A stretch of DNA of 62,470 bases, taken from IMG/VR virus record IMGVR_UViG_3300045988_065931. The stretch is one strand, 5' to 3'. Under the pieces are notes generated by a model. The model worked only from the letters and a program-made list of their open reading frames with translations. It had not been told where the DNA came from and did not search any database. Source of the DNA: a virus. A program made the position numbers and the translations under genes. Positions 1-9,702 of this stretch are shown in pieces (the first letter of the stretch is position 1; the number at the start of each line of letters is the position of its first letter).

Positions 1-77
1 AGCCAATGGAACGCAGCGCTGAGCTATATTTATAAACACGTTATAAAACCAAATCCCGATATATTAACTATACCTCA
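1..77. repeat. Terminal overlap copy 1 (identical to 62394-62470)
   Basis: Exact identity read directly: agccaatggaacgcagcgctgagctat...ctatacctca at both ends. Confidence 0.95.
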
Positions 78-561
78 TACCGTTAGTAATAGTTATAATA
101 TTAATGCTGTTGATGATCTGTTAGAGATGTATATCTATATGTGTTACTGCCATAATCAAGAGATAAGTATAAAGGGATTTTGTTTATTATCTGGTATATC
201 AAGAGATACAATACATTCGTGGGGGAATAGTAATACAAGGGCTTATATATACAAGGACTTACAAGGGAATATTATAAGTGATATAGCAGTTAACAACCTG
301 AAAGAAGGGGAGTATATCAAAGAACCAAGTACAGCGGCCTCAGACATTTACAAAAAATTAGTGGAAAATAACGAGGAGTCTCTCGTTTGTTTGCTAAAAG
401 ACAGAAGAAACAACCCAATGAAATACTTGCCGATACTTAACAAACGTCACGGTTGGAATCTTCCGGGAGTGAGCAAGGAACGGACTAGCGAAAGAGCATT
501 AACAGCTTTGGAACTTCCGAAACTGGGAGAAGTAAAGCAGATCGAGAGCGAAAAAGATTGA
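1..561 (+). CDS. terS: Putative terminase small subunit, 3' part (226 codons in total with 62277-62470)
   Basis: Frame 1 has no stop from base 1 to the TGA at 559-561. HTH-like segment ISIKGFCLLSGISRDTIHSW. First gene downstream of the late promoter, in the packaging region a few kb upstream of terL. Confidence 0.55.
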   Translation, partial: SQWNAALSYIYKHVIKPNPDILTIPHTVSNSYNINAVDDLLEMYIYMCYCHNQEISIKGFCLLSGISRDTIHSWGNSNTRAYIYKDLQGNIISDIAVNNLKEGEYIKEPSTAASDIYKKLVENNEESLVCLLKDRRNNPMKYLPILNKRHGWNLPGVSKERTSERALTALELPKLGEVKQIESEKD

Positions 562-810
562 TGTATTTTAACATTTAGAAACGGAGAATAATTTAGATTA
601 AAATATATCATTGACATTGGTGCAAATATAATAAAACACGTATAGATGTATTTGATAAATAAGGATTTATTCGATAGATACATATGTTCGATAGTAAATG
701 AATGATACCTACCCCTCTATACACGAACGCAAAAATCTGCCTACTTAGTCCCCCAAATTCCGAAATAAACAAAAAGAGGTATTTATGAGACAGACAGGAG
801 GTTATATGTC

Positions 811-1155
811 GTGATATTAGCACTAACAGAAGAACAGGCAATAGAAATACGAAAAACCGGATTGTCTGTTATACAGTTTAAGTATTGCATCAAGAATGGA
901 ATTAGCATAGCGGTCTACAATTTAAGACAATTCCTCATTGCTGCTAAATCAGTATTCGAGAAAATGGGAAAATTATTCAAGCGTGTTAGAGATGTCATTG
1001 ACGATATTCGGTACTTTTTTGAGACAGTACAAGACAGGCTCGGATATCCGGTTTCAAGAAGATATAATTTTGTGAAAATTCTTGGCAATATTGGATACCG
1101 GAAACATGACGTTTGGGTTGCGACTCGCACGTATTTGCCAAGAAGTAACTGCTGA
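811..1155 (+). CDS. Hypothetical protein
   Basis: GTG start preceded by the RBS caggaggtt. 114-aa ORF. Confidence 0.45.
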   Translation: MILALTEEQAIEIRKTGLSVIQFKYCIKNGISIAVYNLRQFLIAAKSVFEKMGKLFKRVRDVIDDIRYFFETVQDRLGYPVSRRYNFVKILGNIGYRKHDVWVATRTYLPRSNC

Positions 1156-1195
1156 TTTCAAAAATTTTTCAAAAAATAAAAAGAGGATGATACAC

Positions 1196-1348
1196 ATGAA
1201 CGGATGTTGCGGAACTTGCAAATATGGTCACTACGATAAAATGCAAGGCTATGTATGTGTGAATGATGAAAGTGAATATATAGCCGATTTCGTAGAATAT
1301 GAGCATTGGTGTGAAGATTGGGTGAGTAAGAATAATGAAGATGATTAA
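1196..1348 (+). CDS. Small Cys-rich protein
   Basis: Internal ATG with RBS aagaggatga. Begins MNGCCGTCKYGHYD. Confidence 0.45.
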   Translation: MNGCCGTCKYGHYDKMQGYVCVNDESEYIADFVEYEHWCEDWVSKNNEDD

Positions 1349-1472
1349 GCGGTTATTCTGTAAGCATAAACATGTTGATCCATTATACACATACCTGGAA
1401 CGACAGGAAGATGGTTCATGGATTACGCATCATGTTTGGAAGTGCATAGATTGTGGAAAGGAGATTTATTAA
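1335..1472 (+). CDS. Small zinc-ribbon-like protein (45 aa)
   Basis: Translated by hand: MKMIKRLFCKHKHV...WKCIDCGKEIY. TAATG overlap with the next gene. Confidence 0.4.
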   Translation: MKMIKRLFCKHKHVDPLYTYLERQEDGSWITHHVWKCIDCGKEIY

Positions 1473-1633
1473 TGATTAAAGGATTTTTGTTAGCGTTTAA
1501 TGTAATTTTGTTTGCACTGTTCTTGATCGGAATGATTTTTGGATTAAAAACCAAAGAAACAGGAATGGGGTTGTTAAGCGGATCGGTCGCATTGATCATT
1601 GCATTAAATTCATTATTTATTTTAAATTCATAA
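1472..1633 (+). CDS. Small membrane protein (2 TM)
   Basis: RBS aaaggagatttattaATG. Hydrophobic sequence MIKGFLLAFNVILFALFLIGMIFG... Confidence 0.5.
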   Translation: MIKGFLLAFNVILFALFLIGMIFGLKTKETGMGLLSGSVALIIALNSLFILNS

Positions 1634-1639
1634 GATTCT

Positions 1640-2413
1640 GTGAGGTGCTGGAAAAGGTAGACAGATTTAGTCGTGAGAACTGTGCAAATTACTTATCTTG
1701 TGACACGAGCGAAAGCGTAGACTGTCGGAAAAAAGAAATCGAAAAGACATGGTTCATGTGTGGTGCAAATCCACACCCTCACAATCGACGCAGTTTTTAT
1801 TTTTTATTGTTTCATCCTTTCTCCCCATAGCGGAATGCTGTTAAGAGCCGTCACAAGGCTCGTGGGGATTTGAATAAGCAATTAAATACAGCGTGAAGAG
1901 ACGGTAGCGGAACAAGGTTTCGTGGAAGCACATATTTGTGTGGATGGTACAAGTCGGGTAAACATCTGGTCGAAACCCTGCCGATAAACAACAGAAAATC
2001 ATAACGCTTGTCCTCATTCGTGAGTGCCGACTAACTGTTGCATAATCTCAGTTGCTTGTTCTTGTCAGTAAAGACGTTAAAACCCGTCCTTATACCGAGA
2101 CGATAAATCTGTTCCATCACGAGAAGATGGTTAAAAACTGTCGCCCTGGCATATGGCAAGTTCGCAATAATGTGCCGATATAGACATTTTCCACTCGTGG
2201 TCGGTTTGAAGTCCTGCAATGCTATACAATCGACAAAAAACTTAATCCAAAGGAAATGAGACAAATTCAGTGATTGCAGTAGTCTGGATGCTTTGGATAT
2301 TCGCCGGAAGTAATTAAATGAGTGACTGCTGGGCGGTCGAGGGTGGTTTATAAGGCGGATTAGTGTCAAGCATGGCACGATAAATATGAATGCAAGCAGG
2401 GAAGACCTGCTTT
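1640..2413 (+). ncRNA. Candidate large structured non-coding RNA (ROOL/GOLLD-like context). The 5' boundary is uncertain.
   Basis: About 780 nt without any RBS-preceded ORF. GC-richer than the flanks. Many nested complementary segments. Directly abuts a tRNA. Confidence 0.4.
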
Positions 2414-2484
2414 AGCCCTATGGTGTAATGGTAGCACACGAGACTTTGACTCTCGTAGAATAGGTTCAAATCCTGTTAGGGTTG
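2414..2484 (+). tRNA. tRNA-Gln (anticodon UUG), no encoded CCA
   Basis: Cloverleaf folded by hand. Acceptor AGCCCTA/TAGGGTT, D stem GTGT/GCAC, anticodon stem CGAGA/TCTCG with loop CTTTGAC, T arm ATAGG-TTCAAAT-CCTGT. Confidence 0.85.
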
Positions 2485-2621
2485 TGCGTCCCGCTCATTA
2501 CCGGATAGACGAGCGCATGAGGTCAATGCCTCGGCAAAAAAAATCAATGCAAAGATAGGAGCAACTGCAAATCCTAGGAAGTTGTTCTCATCTTGGAAAC
2601 CTCACAGAAAGGGGAATTGTT

Positions 2622-3119
2622 ATGTGTGAATTTTGTGAAGAACAAAAGATAATTGAATTTTTTGATGGGAAAATTACATGGCATATCAGAGAAAAAGGAA
2701 AAGGTTATGACACGTACTATGCAAATAGCAAGACTGGGGAACTTGGAATAATCGATATTTCGTATTGCCCTATCTGTGGAAGAAAACTAACAGATGGAGA
2801 AGAAAAGCATCTGCACGAAAATGAAGAAAAATTTACAAAATGCGATAAATGTGAGCAACTAGAAGAATGTAAGGAAAATAGAAAAGTGCTTAATATTAAT
2901 TCTGGTTGCGAAGAATTTCCACATTATGTTCCAAACATAGGAACATTTTGTGGAAAAAAAGAAGTTGAAACAAATACAGACATTGCAGAATCTATTGATA
3001 AAATTGCAAAACTAAACGATAGACATCAATCCGATTGCATTAAAATCAATCAACTAAATGTGGTAATTGATGTGCTTTTGGAAAAGTATGCGAGATTACG
3101 GGAGGTCCATGGATTATGA
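2622..3119 (+). CDS. Zinc-ribbon protein, hypothetical
   Basis: RBS aaaggggaattgttATG. Contains CEFC...CPICG pairs. Confidence 0.55.
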   Translation: MCEFCEEQKIIEFFDGKITWHIREKGKGYDTYYANSKTGELGIIDISYCPICGRKLTDGEEKHLHENEEKFTKCDKCEQLEECKENRKVLNINSGCEEFPHYVPNIGTFCGKKEVETNTDIAESIDKIAKLNDRHQSDCIKINQLNVVIDVLLEKYARLREVHGL

Positions 3120-3418
3120 TTCACGAGGAAAAATGGTACACATGTGATCGCTGCGGAGAACGGATTGAAAATCTGGTAGAAGATGTTCTTGATTGTCTGC
3201 CGGAAGAAGTTTCAGCACAAATTCCAAGAGACGATTATTTGAAAATTATGAGCGGAGAATCGGATATTTCTATCGTAAATGCGGAATTTGATGGAAAAGA
3301 TACTGAAACAGTTACAATACGAAAAGTGTTCTTAACGAAAGAAGATACAATTCATTTGTGCGGCAAGTGTAAAAGGAAATTTGAGAGGTTTATGAAAAAT
3401 GATAAAGAGGTTATGTAA
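3116..3418 (+). CDS. Zinc-ribbon protein, hypothetical
   Basis: ATGA overlap with the upstream gene. Contains CDRCG...CGKCK. Confidence 0.55.
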   Translation: MIHEEKWYTCDRCGERIENLVEDVLDCLPEEVSAQIPRDDYLKIMSGESDISIVNAEFDGKDTETVTIRKVFLTKEDTIHLCGKCKRKFERFMKNDKEVM

Positions 3419-3638
3419 TCTGTACATAAAGAGAAAAACAAAAAATCTAACACGAATTCCATTGTTCACAATGACATTTAATTATAAAAAATATAAAGAA
3501 AATGGAAAAGAGAATAGTTGTATGTTGTATACACTACACCCGGATATTGCGCGAGATGAATTTTTGAAAGAAAATTTGCAGAAATGTGTAGATTACATAA
3601 GAGAAAATTACGATATGGAAGTTTTTACTAAAATTTGA
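3399..3638 (+). CDS. Hypothetical protein
   Basis: ORF only. Start is uncertain. Confidence 0.35.
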   Translation: MIKRLCNLYIKRKTKNLTRIPLFTMTFNYKKYKENGKENSCMLYTLHPDIARDEFLKENLQKCVDYIRENYDMEVFTKI

Positions 3639-3653
3639 AGCGAGGTAATAGAT

Positions 3654-4124
3654 TTGAGTGAAAAAGAGATTCAAAAAAAGATTGTGGAGCAGTACGGAAC
3701 GATTGGTGAGATAACAAGAGAAGATTTAAAAGAATTGGGGCTTAAATATGCATACTATAGTTTAAGAAAAAGTCTCGCAGGTTTTGTGAATAAAACACCG
3801 GAAGAATTTTCTAAGTTAGATGATACTGAGTTTTACAGAGTTTACGGATTAGGGAAAACAAGAATATCAGAATTGATATGGTTAAGAGATTTTATAAAGG
3901 GAGAAATAGATGGGAAATATGAACCAGAAGAAAGAAAGAAGAGCGAACAAGAAAAAATGCATTCAATGCAAATACAACATCATTTTGATATTGAAAAACG
4001 CTTGAGAGATGAAATAAAACATCTAAAAGAGGAAAACAGGGAAATTAAATCTGAGATAAAAATTTTGAAAAAGAAAGAACAGAAGTATGAAGAGCTAAGA
4101 GAGTTCTTTTTGTATAGAGAATAG
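3654..4124 (+). CDS. Hypothetical protein with helix-hairpin-helix-like motif and coiled-coil tail
   Basis: TTG start after a GAGG RBS. Contains YGLGKTRISELI. Confidence 0.45.
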   Translation: MSEKEIQKKIVEQYGTIGEITREDLKELGLKYAYYSLRKSLAGFVNKTPEEFSKLDDTEFYRVYGLGKTRISELIWLRDFIKGEIDGKYEPEERKKSEQEKMHSMQIQHHFDIEKRLRDEIKHLKEENREIKSEIKILKKKEQKYEELREFFLYRE

Positions 4125-4129
4125 AATGT

Positions 4130-4300
4130 ATGGAAAGAAGGAACAAATCTTTGATAGAGTCAGAATTACGTGTAAAAGTTATAGAACAGGCAGGAGTTAT
4201 TGCTAAAATACTTGCAAAAGGGGATAAAGATGTTGAAATTCGGAAGTCTAAAAATGGTGTATCTGTTGCAGAGATTTCTAAAAAAGTAATTAAGATGTAA
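4130..4300 (+). CDS. Small hypothetical protein (56 aa)
   Basis: Translated by hand: MERRNKSLIESELRVKVIEQAGVIAKILAKGDKDVEIRKSKNGVSVAEISKKVIKM. Below the ORF-track length cutoff. Confidence 0.35.
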   Translation: MERRNKSLIESELRVKVIEQAGVIAKILAKGDKDVEIRKSKNGVSVAEISKKVIKM

Positions 4301-4428
4301 TAACAGAAGGTTTGAAAATTATAAGAAAATATATATAATACAATCAAAAAGCGGGGTGATTCTATACGAGTATAATTACTTTTGAAACGGCAAATATACC
4401 AATTTCAGTTGCAGCAGAAGCATTAAAA

Positions 4429-4605
4429 ATGGACTGTCAGACAGTGAGGTTACTTTTGCAGAATAACCTAGTTGACTGGGGAATTGCTTTCAAAAGAGGA
4501 AATAGTAAGCAATTCACCTATCTGATTTATCCTAAAAAATTCTATGAAACAACAGGGTTTGCATATAAACCAGTATTTGTAGAGGAAGAGGAAAATAATA
4601 TCTAA
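4429..4605 (+). CDS. Small HTH-like protein. The coding frame is open from about 4367, so a non-ATG start is possible.
   Basis: Translated by hand: ...ISVAAEALKMDCQTVRLLLQNNLVDWGIAFKRG... Confidence 0.35.
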   Translation: MDCQTVRLLLQNNLVDWGIAFKRGNSKQFTYLIYPKKFYETTGFAYKPVFVEEEENNI

Positions 4606-4686
4606 CGGCATATCCAAGATGGAGGATATGTAACAAGTCGAAATGGAGACTTCTTTTATTTTTGAGTAAAGGAGGTCTCTTTCTTT

Positions 4687-6432
4687 ATGTCTTTGGAACT
4701 TAAACAAGCAATCCAATCATATGAAAACTACATATCGGATAACGGAATAGATGAATCAGTCATTGATGCAATGATAGAAGCGTGCAAAGTGGCATATCAA
4801 ACGGAAAAAGACATTCCGTATGCGCTTAAAGTGTCTGCAAGAACAAAAGAACTGATTGAACAGTTTGTTCTAAATTTGACAGGTACAGATATTTGGGGAT
4901 TAGAGAAGTATTCTTTTGAAAACAAGGTCAAGTATGAAATTATAGACAAGTTTTATGAAGTTCTATTATTGGAAGCACAAAATAAGATCGTAGACAGCGG
5001 TTTTCGGTATTTGGAACGGAAAAGAGAACCCAAAGAACGATTTTATATGCCACGAAGAAAACAATTCTTGAAAATAGGTCTTGTGGATGCGCTACAAGGA
5101 ATGATTGATGATAAGTATGACATCCTTTGCATATCACTCATTCCTGGTGCAGGTAAAACTAGTGTGGAAAAATTTTTTAATGCTTTAGTAATCGGATGGT
5201 TTCCGAAAGACTTCACGCTTTTTTACTCACATAGTGGCGATATTACACGAATGTACTATGATGGCGTGTACGATATTGTAACAAATACGGATGAGTACAC
5301 ATGGAATGAGATTTTCCCTGATTTACACGTTACAAGTACCAATGCGAAAATGGAACAGTTCAACGTAGGGAAATACAAGCCGTTTCCAAGTGTGCAATGC
5401 ACATCAGTAGGAAGTAAGAATGCCGGAAAAGTTCGTGCTTCCAAGTTTTTACTTGTTGATGATATGATTGGTGGAATTGAAGAAGCGATGAATCCAAGTA
5501 TTTTGGATAAGCTGTGGGATAAATACGCCGTAGACGCGCGCCAGAGAAAGATACAGGATACAGATGGTAAAAACTGCAAGGAAATACACATAGCGACACG
5601 CTGGAGCGTACATGATGTGATAGGCAGAATTCAAAATATGTACGCCGGAAACCCAAGAGTAAAGGTGATTGCGGTGCCGGACATTGATCCGGTTACCGGA
5701 GAAAGTAATTTCGAATATGAATACAGTGGATTTACCAAAGATTTTTTCGCGGATCAGCAATTGCTTATGGATGATATTTCTTATCGATGCCTGTATAAGC
5801 AAGAACCAATTGAGCGTGAGGGATTATTGTTCCCGGACGATAAAATCAGACGCTATTTGCATTTACCGCATGGAGAGCCGGAAATGATTACAGCGCAATG
5901 TGATACAAAAGGAAAAGGAACAGACTACTTTGTTATGCCTGTTTTGCAGAAGTACGGAGAAGATTATTACTGTGTGGATTGCGTTTGTGATAATACTGCT
6001 GATTATGAAATGCAGTATGAGAATGCTTCAAATGCAATCGTAAATAACGAGGTGCAAGAGTGCGAATTTGAGCGTAATGCCGGCGGCGACCGTGTAGCAA
6101 TGGAAGTGAATAAACGTGTAGAACAAAAAGGTTGGATATGCAATATTACAGACGTTCCGACAGAGACAAACAAGGAAGCAAGAATATTTCAATGTTCTAA
6201 CTGGATTTTACAACACGTTATATTCAAGGATTCATCACTTTACAAACCGAACGAACCATATGGAGTTATGATGTCACTTTTGAAACAATATTCAGCTTCA
6301 GGAAAAAAACAGTTGGATGACGTGCCGGATGTTTTTTCAAACTTTGCAATAAGAATGACAAAAGGAAATAGAGTTGCTAAAGCTGAAGCAATACACAACC
6401 CATTCAGAGGAGGATACGGACATGGTTACTAA
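4687..6432 (+). CDS. terL: Terminase large subunit
   Basis: Walker A-like LIPGAGKTS, Walker B-like FLLVDDMIGG, 581 aa, RBS aaaggaggt. Lies upstream of the portal gene. Confidence 0.9.
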   Translation: MSLELKQAIQSYENYISDNGIDESVIDAMIEACKVAYQTEKDIPYALKVSARTKELIEQFVLNLTGTDIWGLEKYSFENKVKYEIIDKFYEVLLLEAQNKIVDSGFRYLERKREPKERFYMPRRKQFLKIGLVDALQGMIDDKYDILCISLIPGAGKTSVEKFFNALVIGWFPKDFTLFYSHSGDITRMYYDGVYDIVTNTDEYTWNEIFPDLHVTSTNAKMEQFNVGKYKPFPSVQCTSVGSKNAGKVRASKFLLVDDMIGGIEEAMNPSILDKLWDKYAVDARQRKIQDTDGKNCKEIHIATRWSVHDVIGRIQNMYAGNPRVKVIAVPDIDPVTGESNFEYEYSGFTKDFFADQQLLMDDISYRCLYKQEPIEREGLLFPDDKIRRYLHLPHGEPEMITAQCDTKGKGTDYFVMPVLQKYGEDYYCVDCVCDNTADYEMQYENASNAIVNNEVQECEFERNAGGDRVAMEVNKRVEQKGWICNITDVPTETNKEARIFQCSNWILQHVIFKDSSLYKPNEPYGVMMSLLKQYSASGKKQLDDVPDVFSNFAIRMTKGNRVAKAEAIHNPFRGGYGHGY

Positions 6433-6856
6433 GGAAATTTTGATACAATATTCTGACTTGCAAGAAGAAATCAAGGAAGTTAGGGATAGAATAGAAAAAA
6501 CCGAAAATCAGATTGAAAGAATCGAAAGGGAAGGTGCTGTATGCGATAAGGTAATGGGCGGAGACGGAGGTTTGCAACCGTTCAAAATAGAAGGTTTCCC
6601 ATATCCAGAGTACAGCAGAAAAAAGACGCTTCTCTATGCGAGAAAAGCAACACTGACAGGGTTAGAGATGGAACTCCTCGAAACATTAAACCAAGTAGAA
6701 GAATTTATAGCGAGTGTAACAGACAGCAGAATGAGAAGAATAATTACTCTTCGGTTTATTGAAAATCTATCGTGGAATAAAGTCGCTGACAGAATAGGCG
6801 GTGGGAACAGCGAAGACGGAGTTAGGATGTCATTTGAGAGATTTATGAAAAAATAA
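6422..6856 (+). CDS. Sigma-70 region-4-like / DUF1492-like putative transcription regulator
   Basis: RBS agaggagga. C-terminal RRIITLRFIENLSWNKVADRIG HTH. Confidence 0.5.
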   Translation: MVTKEILIQYSDLQEEIKEVRDRIEKTENQIERIEREGAVCDKVMGGDGGLQPFKIEGFPYPEYSRKKTLLYARKATLTGLEMELLETLNQVEEFIASVTDSRMRRIITLRFIENLSWNKVADRIGGGNSEDGVRMSFERFMKK

Positions 6857-6991
6857 AAGTTGTTCGGTATGTTCGGAAAAATTCTGTTAAACTTATAATT
6901 AGAGAAATAATAAATATTTCCAACAACATAAAACCCATAAGTATGATTGAAAAAGGACGCTTGATTGCGTCCTTTTTTCGTGGAGAAAACT

Positions 6992-7192
6992 ATGAAAGAG
7001 TATGAAGAAAAGAAGATATACTGTCCAAAGTGCGGACGGAAAGTCGGAACGCATGATGGGCGGTCAACAATAAATAAAATTTGTAGATGCAAAAAATGCA
7101 ATAAAAGAATTGTGTATCACGTTGATACAGGAGAAACAGAAATTAAAAATATTCCAAAAAGAAATTGTTCTTCAGGAATGACATTTGTTTAA
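6992..7192 (+). CDS. Com-like zinc-ribbon protein
   Basis: CPKCGRK...CRCKKCNKRIVYHV is reminiscent of phage Mu Com. Confidence 0.4.
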   Translation: MKEYEEKKIYCPKCGRKVGTHDGRSTINKICRCKKCNKRIVYHVDTGETEIKNIPKRNCSSGMTFV

Positions 7193-7203
7193 GGTGGTGC
7201 TTT

Positions 7204-8652
7204 ATGTATAACTATCCACATAAAAATTACAGACCGTTTTCTGCTATTTGCGATTGTGGATTTGGTAGGAAAATCATTTACACAAGGCAACGACAGATCA
7301 CATGGAGAAATATCGTAGATGAATTGAACAAAGCACTTGCAATTCACAGACAGAATGCAGCGGAAATCGAGTATCTTGACCGTTACTATCGTGGAGATCA
7401 GCCGATTTTATATCGAAAAAAAGTTAATAGACCAGAAGTGAACAATAAAATTGTTGTCAATCTTGCATATGAGTTGGTAGAGCGAAAAACTGCTGATATT
7501 TGTGCAGAGCCGATACAATACGTCCTTCGTGGTACGGACGATAAGAAGTCAGATGAAATCTCATGGCTCAACGCAATTATGGATTCCGAGAATAAACAGG
7601 AATGCGATATTGATATTTGCAGATGGCGATCCATCTGCGGTACTGCATATCGGTTTATCGGAAATGATGAGGGAAATGGTTCGGTTTTGGACGAAAGCGA
7701 CTTTGAGTTGTCTTCTGAAAACCCGATTTATACATTCGTGGTGTACTTTCCGAATAATAAACCGGCTTTTTCATGCCAGATTCGAGAAGATGAAAATGGT
7801 CAGGAGTTTTATTTTTGCTATACGAACGGTCAGTGGTTTGAAATTTCAGAAGGGAAATTGAGAAGATTCGGGGTAAATGGAAATGGAGCAATTCCGGTTA
7901 TTGAATATCCGAATAATTCCCGTAGGCTTTCTGATATTGAAATGACTATTGCCATTACAGACGCAATCAACACACTTTCTTCTGACAGAATCAATGGAAT
8001 TGAGCAATTTGTCTCTTCGTGGGTGAAATTCGTAAACTGCGAAGTAGATAGAGATAGCTTCTTGAGCATGAGACAAGAAGGTGCGCTTGTTGTGAAGTCT
8101 AACAATGGAATGGAAAACAAAGCGGACGTTGATGTAATGACAACGGAACTGAATCAGACAGAGGGGCAAGTTGTATTTAATGATTTATTTGAGCGTTTTC
8201 TTGATATTCAAGGGTTGGCAAACCGAGCAAGTATAAATTCTGGTGGAGATACCCAAGGCGCAGTCAATCTACGCAACGGACATTATGATGCCGGACTTCG
8301 GACAGCAATTAATGAGCCTATCTTGAAAAAGTCGGAGAATATGTCTATTAAGATTATCCTGAACCGACTGAGAATTTCAAAAGGTTTTACGCTTGTGCCG
8401 AGCGACGTAGAAATTCATATTAACCACAACAAGTTAGACAATATGATGGTAAAAGCGGAAGTTTTACAGATTTTGTTGAACTGCGGAATTCATTATAAAC
8501 GTGCAATCAAGGTCATTGACATGTTTAGCGATCCAGAACAAGTTGCAATTGAAAGTAAAGATAGAATGGAAAGTCTTTACACAGATAAAGCAGAAAAACA
8601 GGAAGAACCAAAAATAGAAAAACCGGTCAACAAAGAAGTAGTCGAACAGTAA
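7204..8652 (+). CDS. Portal protein (SPP1 gp6-like)
   Basis: 483 codons. Position after terL and before the scaffold. Typical length and acidic C-terminus. Confidence 0.8.
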   Translation: MYNYPHKNYRPFSAICDCGFGRKIIYTRQRQITWRNIVDELNKALAIHRQNAAEIEYLDRYYRGDQPILYRKKVNRPEVNNKIVVNLAYELVERKTADICAEPIQYVLRGTDDKKSDEISWLNAIMDSENKQECDIDICRWRSICGTAYRFIGNDEGNGSVLDESDFELSSENPIYTFVVYFPNNKPAFSCQIREDENGQEFYFCYTNGQWFEISEGKLRRFGVNGNGAIPVIEYPNNSRRLSDIEMTIAITDAINTLSSDRINGIEQFVSSWVKFVNCEVDRDSFLSMRQEGALVVKSNNGMENKADVDVMTTELNQTEGQVVFNDLFERFLDIQGLANRASINSGGDTQGAVNLRNGHYDAGLRTAINEPILKKSENMSIKIILNRLRISKGFTLVPSDVEIHINHNKLDNMMVKAEVLQILLNCGIHYKRAIKVIDMFSDPEQVAIESKDRMESLYTDKAEKQEEPKIEKPVNKEVVEQ

Positions 8653-8761
8653 TCGGCTGCTTTTTTATTTTATAAATTTGCAGTTATGCGTCAAATAGCA
8701 AAAGTAAATATCCAAGCTGATAGAACAGCGAAAACAAATGTAGATAACGGAGGTAATCAAA

Positions 8762-9331
8762 ATGACAAGAGAAGAAGCAAGACAAAACTTAGTGGCTTTA
8801 GGGATTGAAGAGCCGAGTGATGCACAGGTAACAAATTATCTGAATCAGTTTCACAGCAATCGACCGAATCCACAACCACAGCCGTCACCACAGCCAACGC
8901 CTACACCGCAACCACAGCCAACTCCGACACCGGAGACAACACCATCTCATGATGATGGCGGAGAATTGGAAACATTGAGAAATCAGATTGCACAGCTTCA
9001 GAAAGAAAATGTGCAGAAAGATATTCGTGCGTATGCAGCTGAAAAAGGATTAACAGGAGAACAGGCAGAAAGCGTGCTCGCAGGATTTCAGACAGATTTA
9101 GAAGCTGCTAAGAAAGCGATTGACTCTATCGCACAGATTATTTCCGATAAAGAAACCGCAGCAGCCACAGCGAAAGAACAAGAGCTATTAAAAGGTACTC
9201 CGAATCCAGGTGGTGGAACTGGCGGTAATCCAGGCGATGATAAGCCGGAAGATGTGAAGAATGCGGAAAGCATCTCTTTTGGAAACAAAGCGGACGAACA
9301 GTCCATGAAAGATTATTACGTTTTGAAATAG
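8762..9331 (+). CDS. Scaffolding protein
   Basis: PQPQPSPQPTPTPQP linker plus helical region. Lies between the portal and capsid genes. Confidence 0.65.
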   Translation: MTREEARQNLVALGIEEPSDAQVTNYLNQFHSNRPNPQPQPSPQPTPTPQPQPTPTPETTPSHDDGGELETLRNQIAQLQKENVQKDIRAYAAEKGLTGEQAESVLAGFQTDLEAAKKAIDSIAQIISDKETAAATAKEQELLKGTPNPGGGTGGNPGDDKPEDVKNAESISFGNKADEQSMKDYYVLK

Positions 9332-9345
9332 GAGGTTAAAAGACT

Positions 9346-9687
9346 ATGGGAAAGCCTATCGTACATGAGTATGGACAAAGTAAAGGTATTTTGAAGTTTT
9401 TCCCTTATGAGGGCGCAGCGTGTGTTGTTCCTCAGACAATGAAATCTTCACCGGATGAAAACGGTTTGAAAATTGTTCCGGCTGGAACGCCATTTCCGGC
9501 AAATGATAACAGTTGCCTTGGCTATCTTCTGCATGATGTAGATGTGACACAAGGAGATGCGCCGGGAACTTACGTTTATCAGGGAACTATTGATTGGGAA
9601 AAAGTAAAATCATTATCAATCGAAGATGCAGCTAGAAAAGTAACACCGAGAGTTACATTTTACGGCGCACCGGCGATCTCAGAGTAA
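9346..9687 (+). CDS. Head decoration protein (lambda gpD-like)
   Basis: 113 aa, immediately upstream of the capsid gene. LGYLLHDVDV...YVYQGTIDWEKV resembles gpD. Confidence 0.55.
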   Translation: MGKPIVHEYGQSKGILKFFPYEGAACVVPQTMKSSPDENGLKIVPAGTPFPANDNSCLGYLLHDVDVTQGDAPGTYVYQGTIDWEKVKSLSIEDAARKVTPRVTFYGAPAISE

Positions 9688-9702
9688 AAGGAGGAATAAA
9701 AA

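Noticed and set aside
562-810. Possible promoter TTGACA at 612-617
   Set aside because: The nearest TATAAT-like hexamer is only ~10 nt away, which is the wrong spacing. I do not call it.
2031-2378. 115-aa minus-strand ORF, and the 61-aa ORF at 1645-1830, within the non-coding region
   Set aside because: Neither has an RBS. The composition is not protein-like, and they lie inside a region dense with RNA-type complementarity. I treat them as chance ORFs in a structured RNA.
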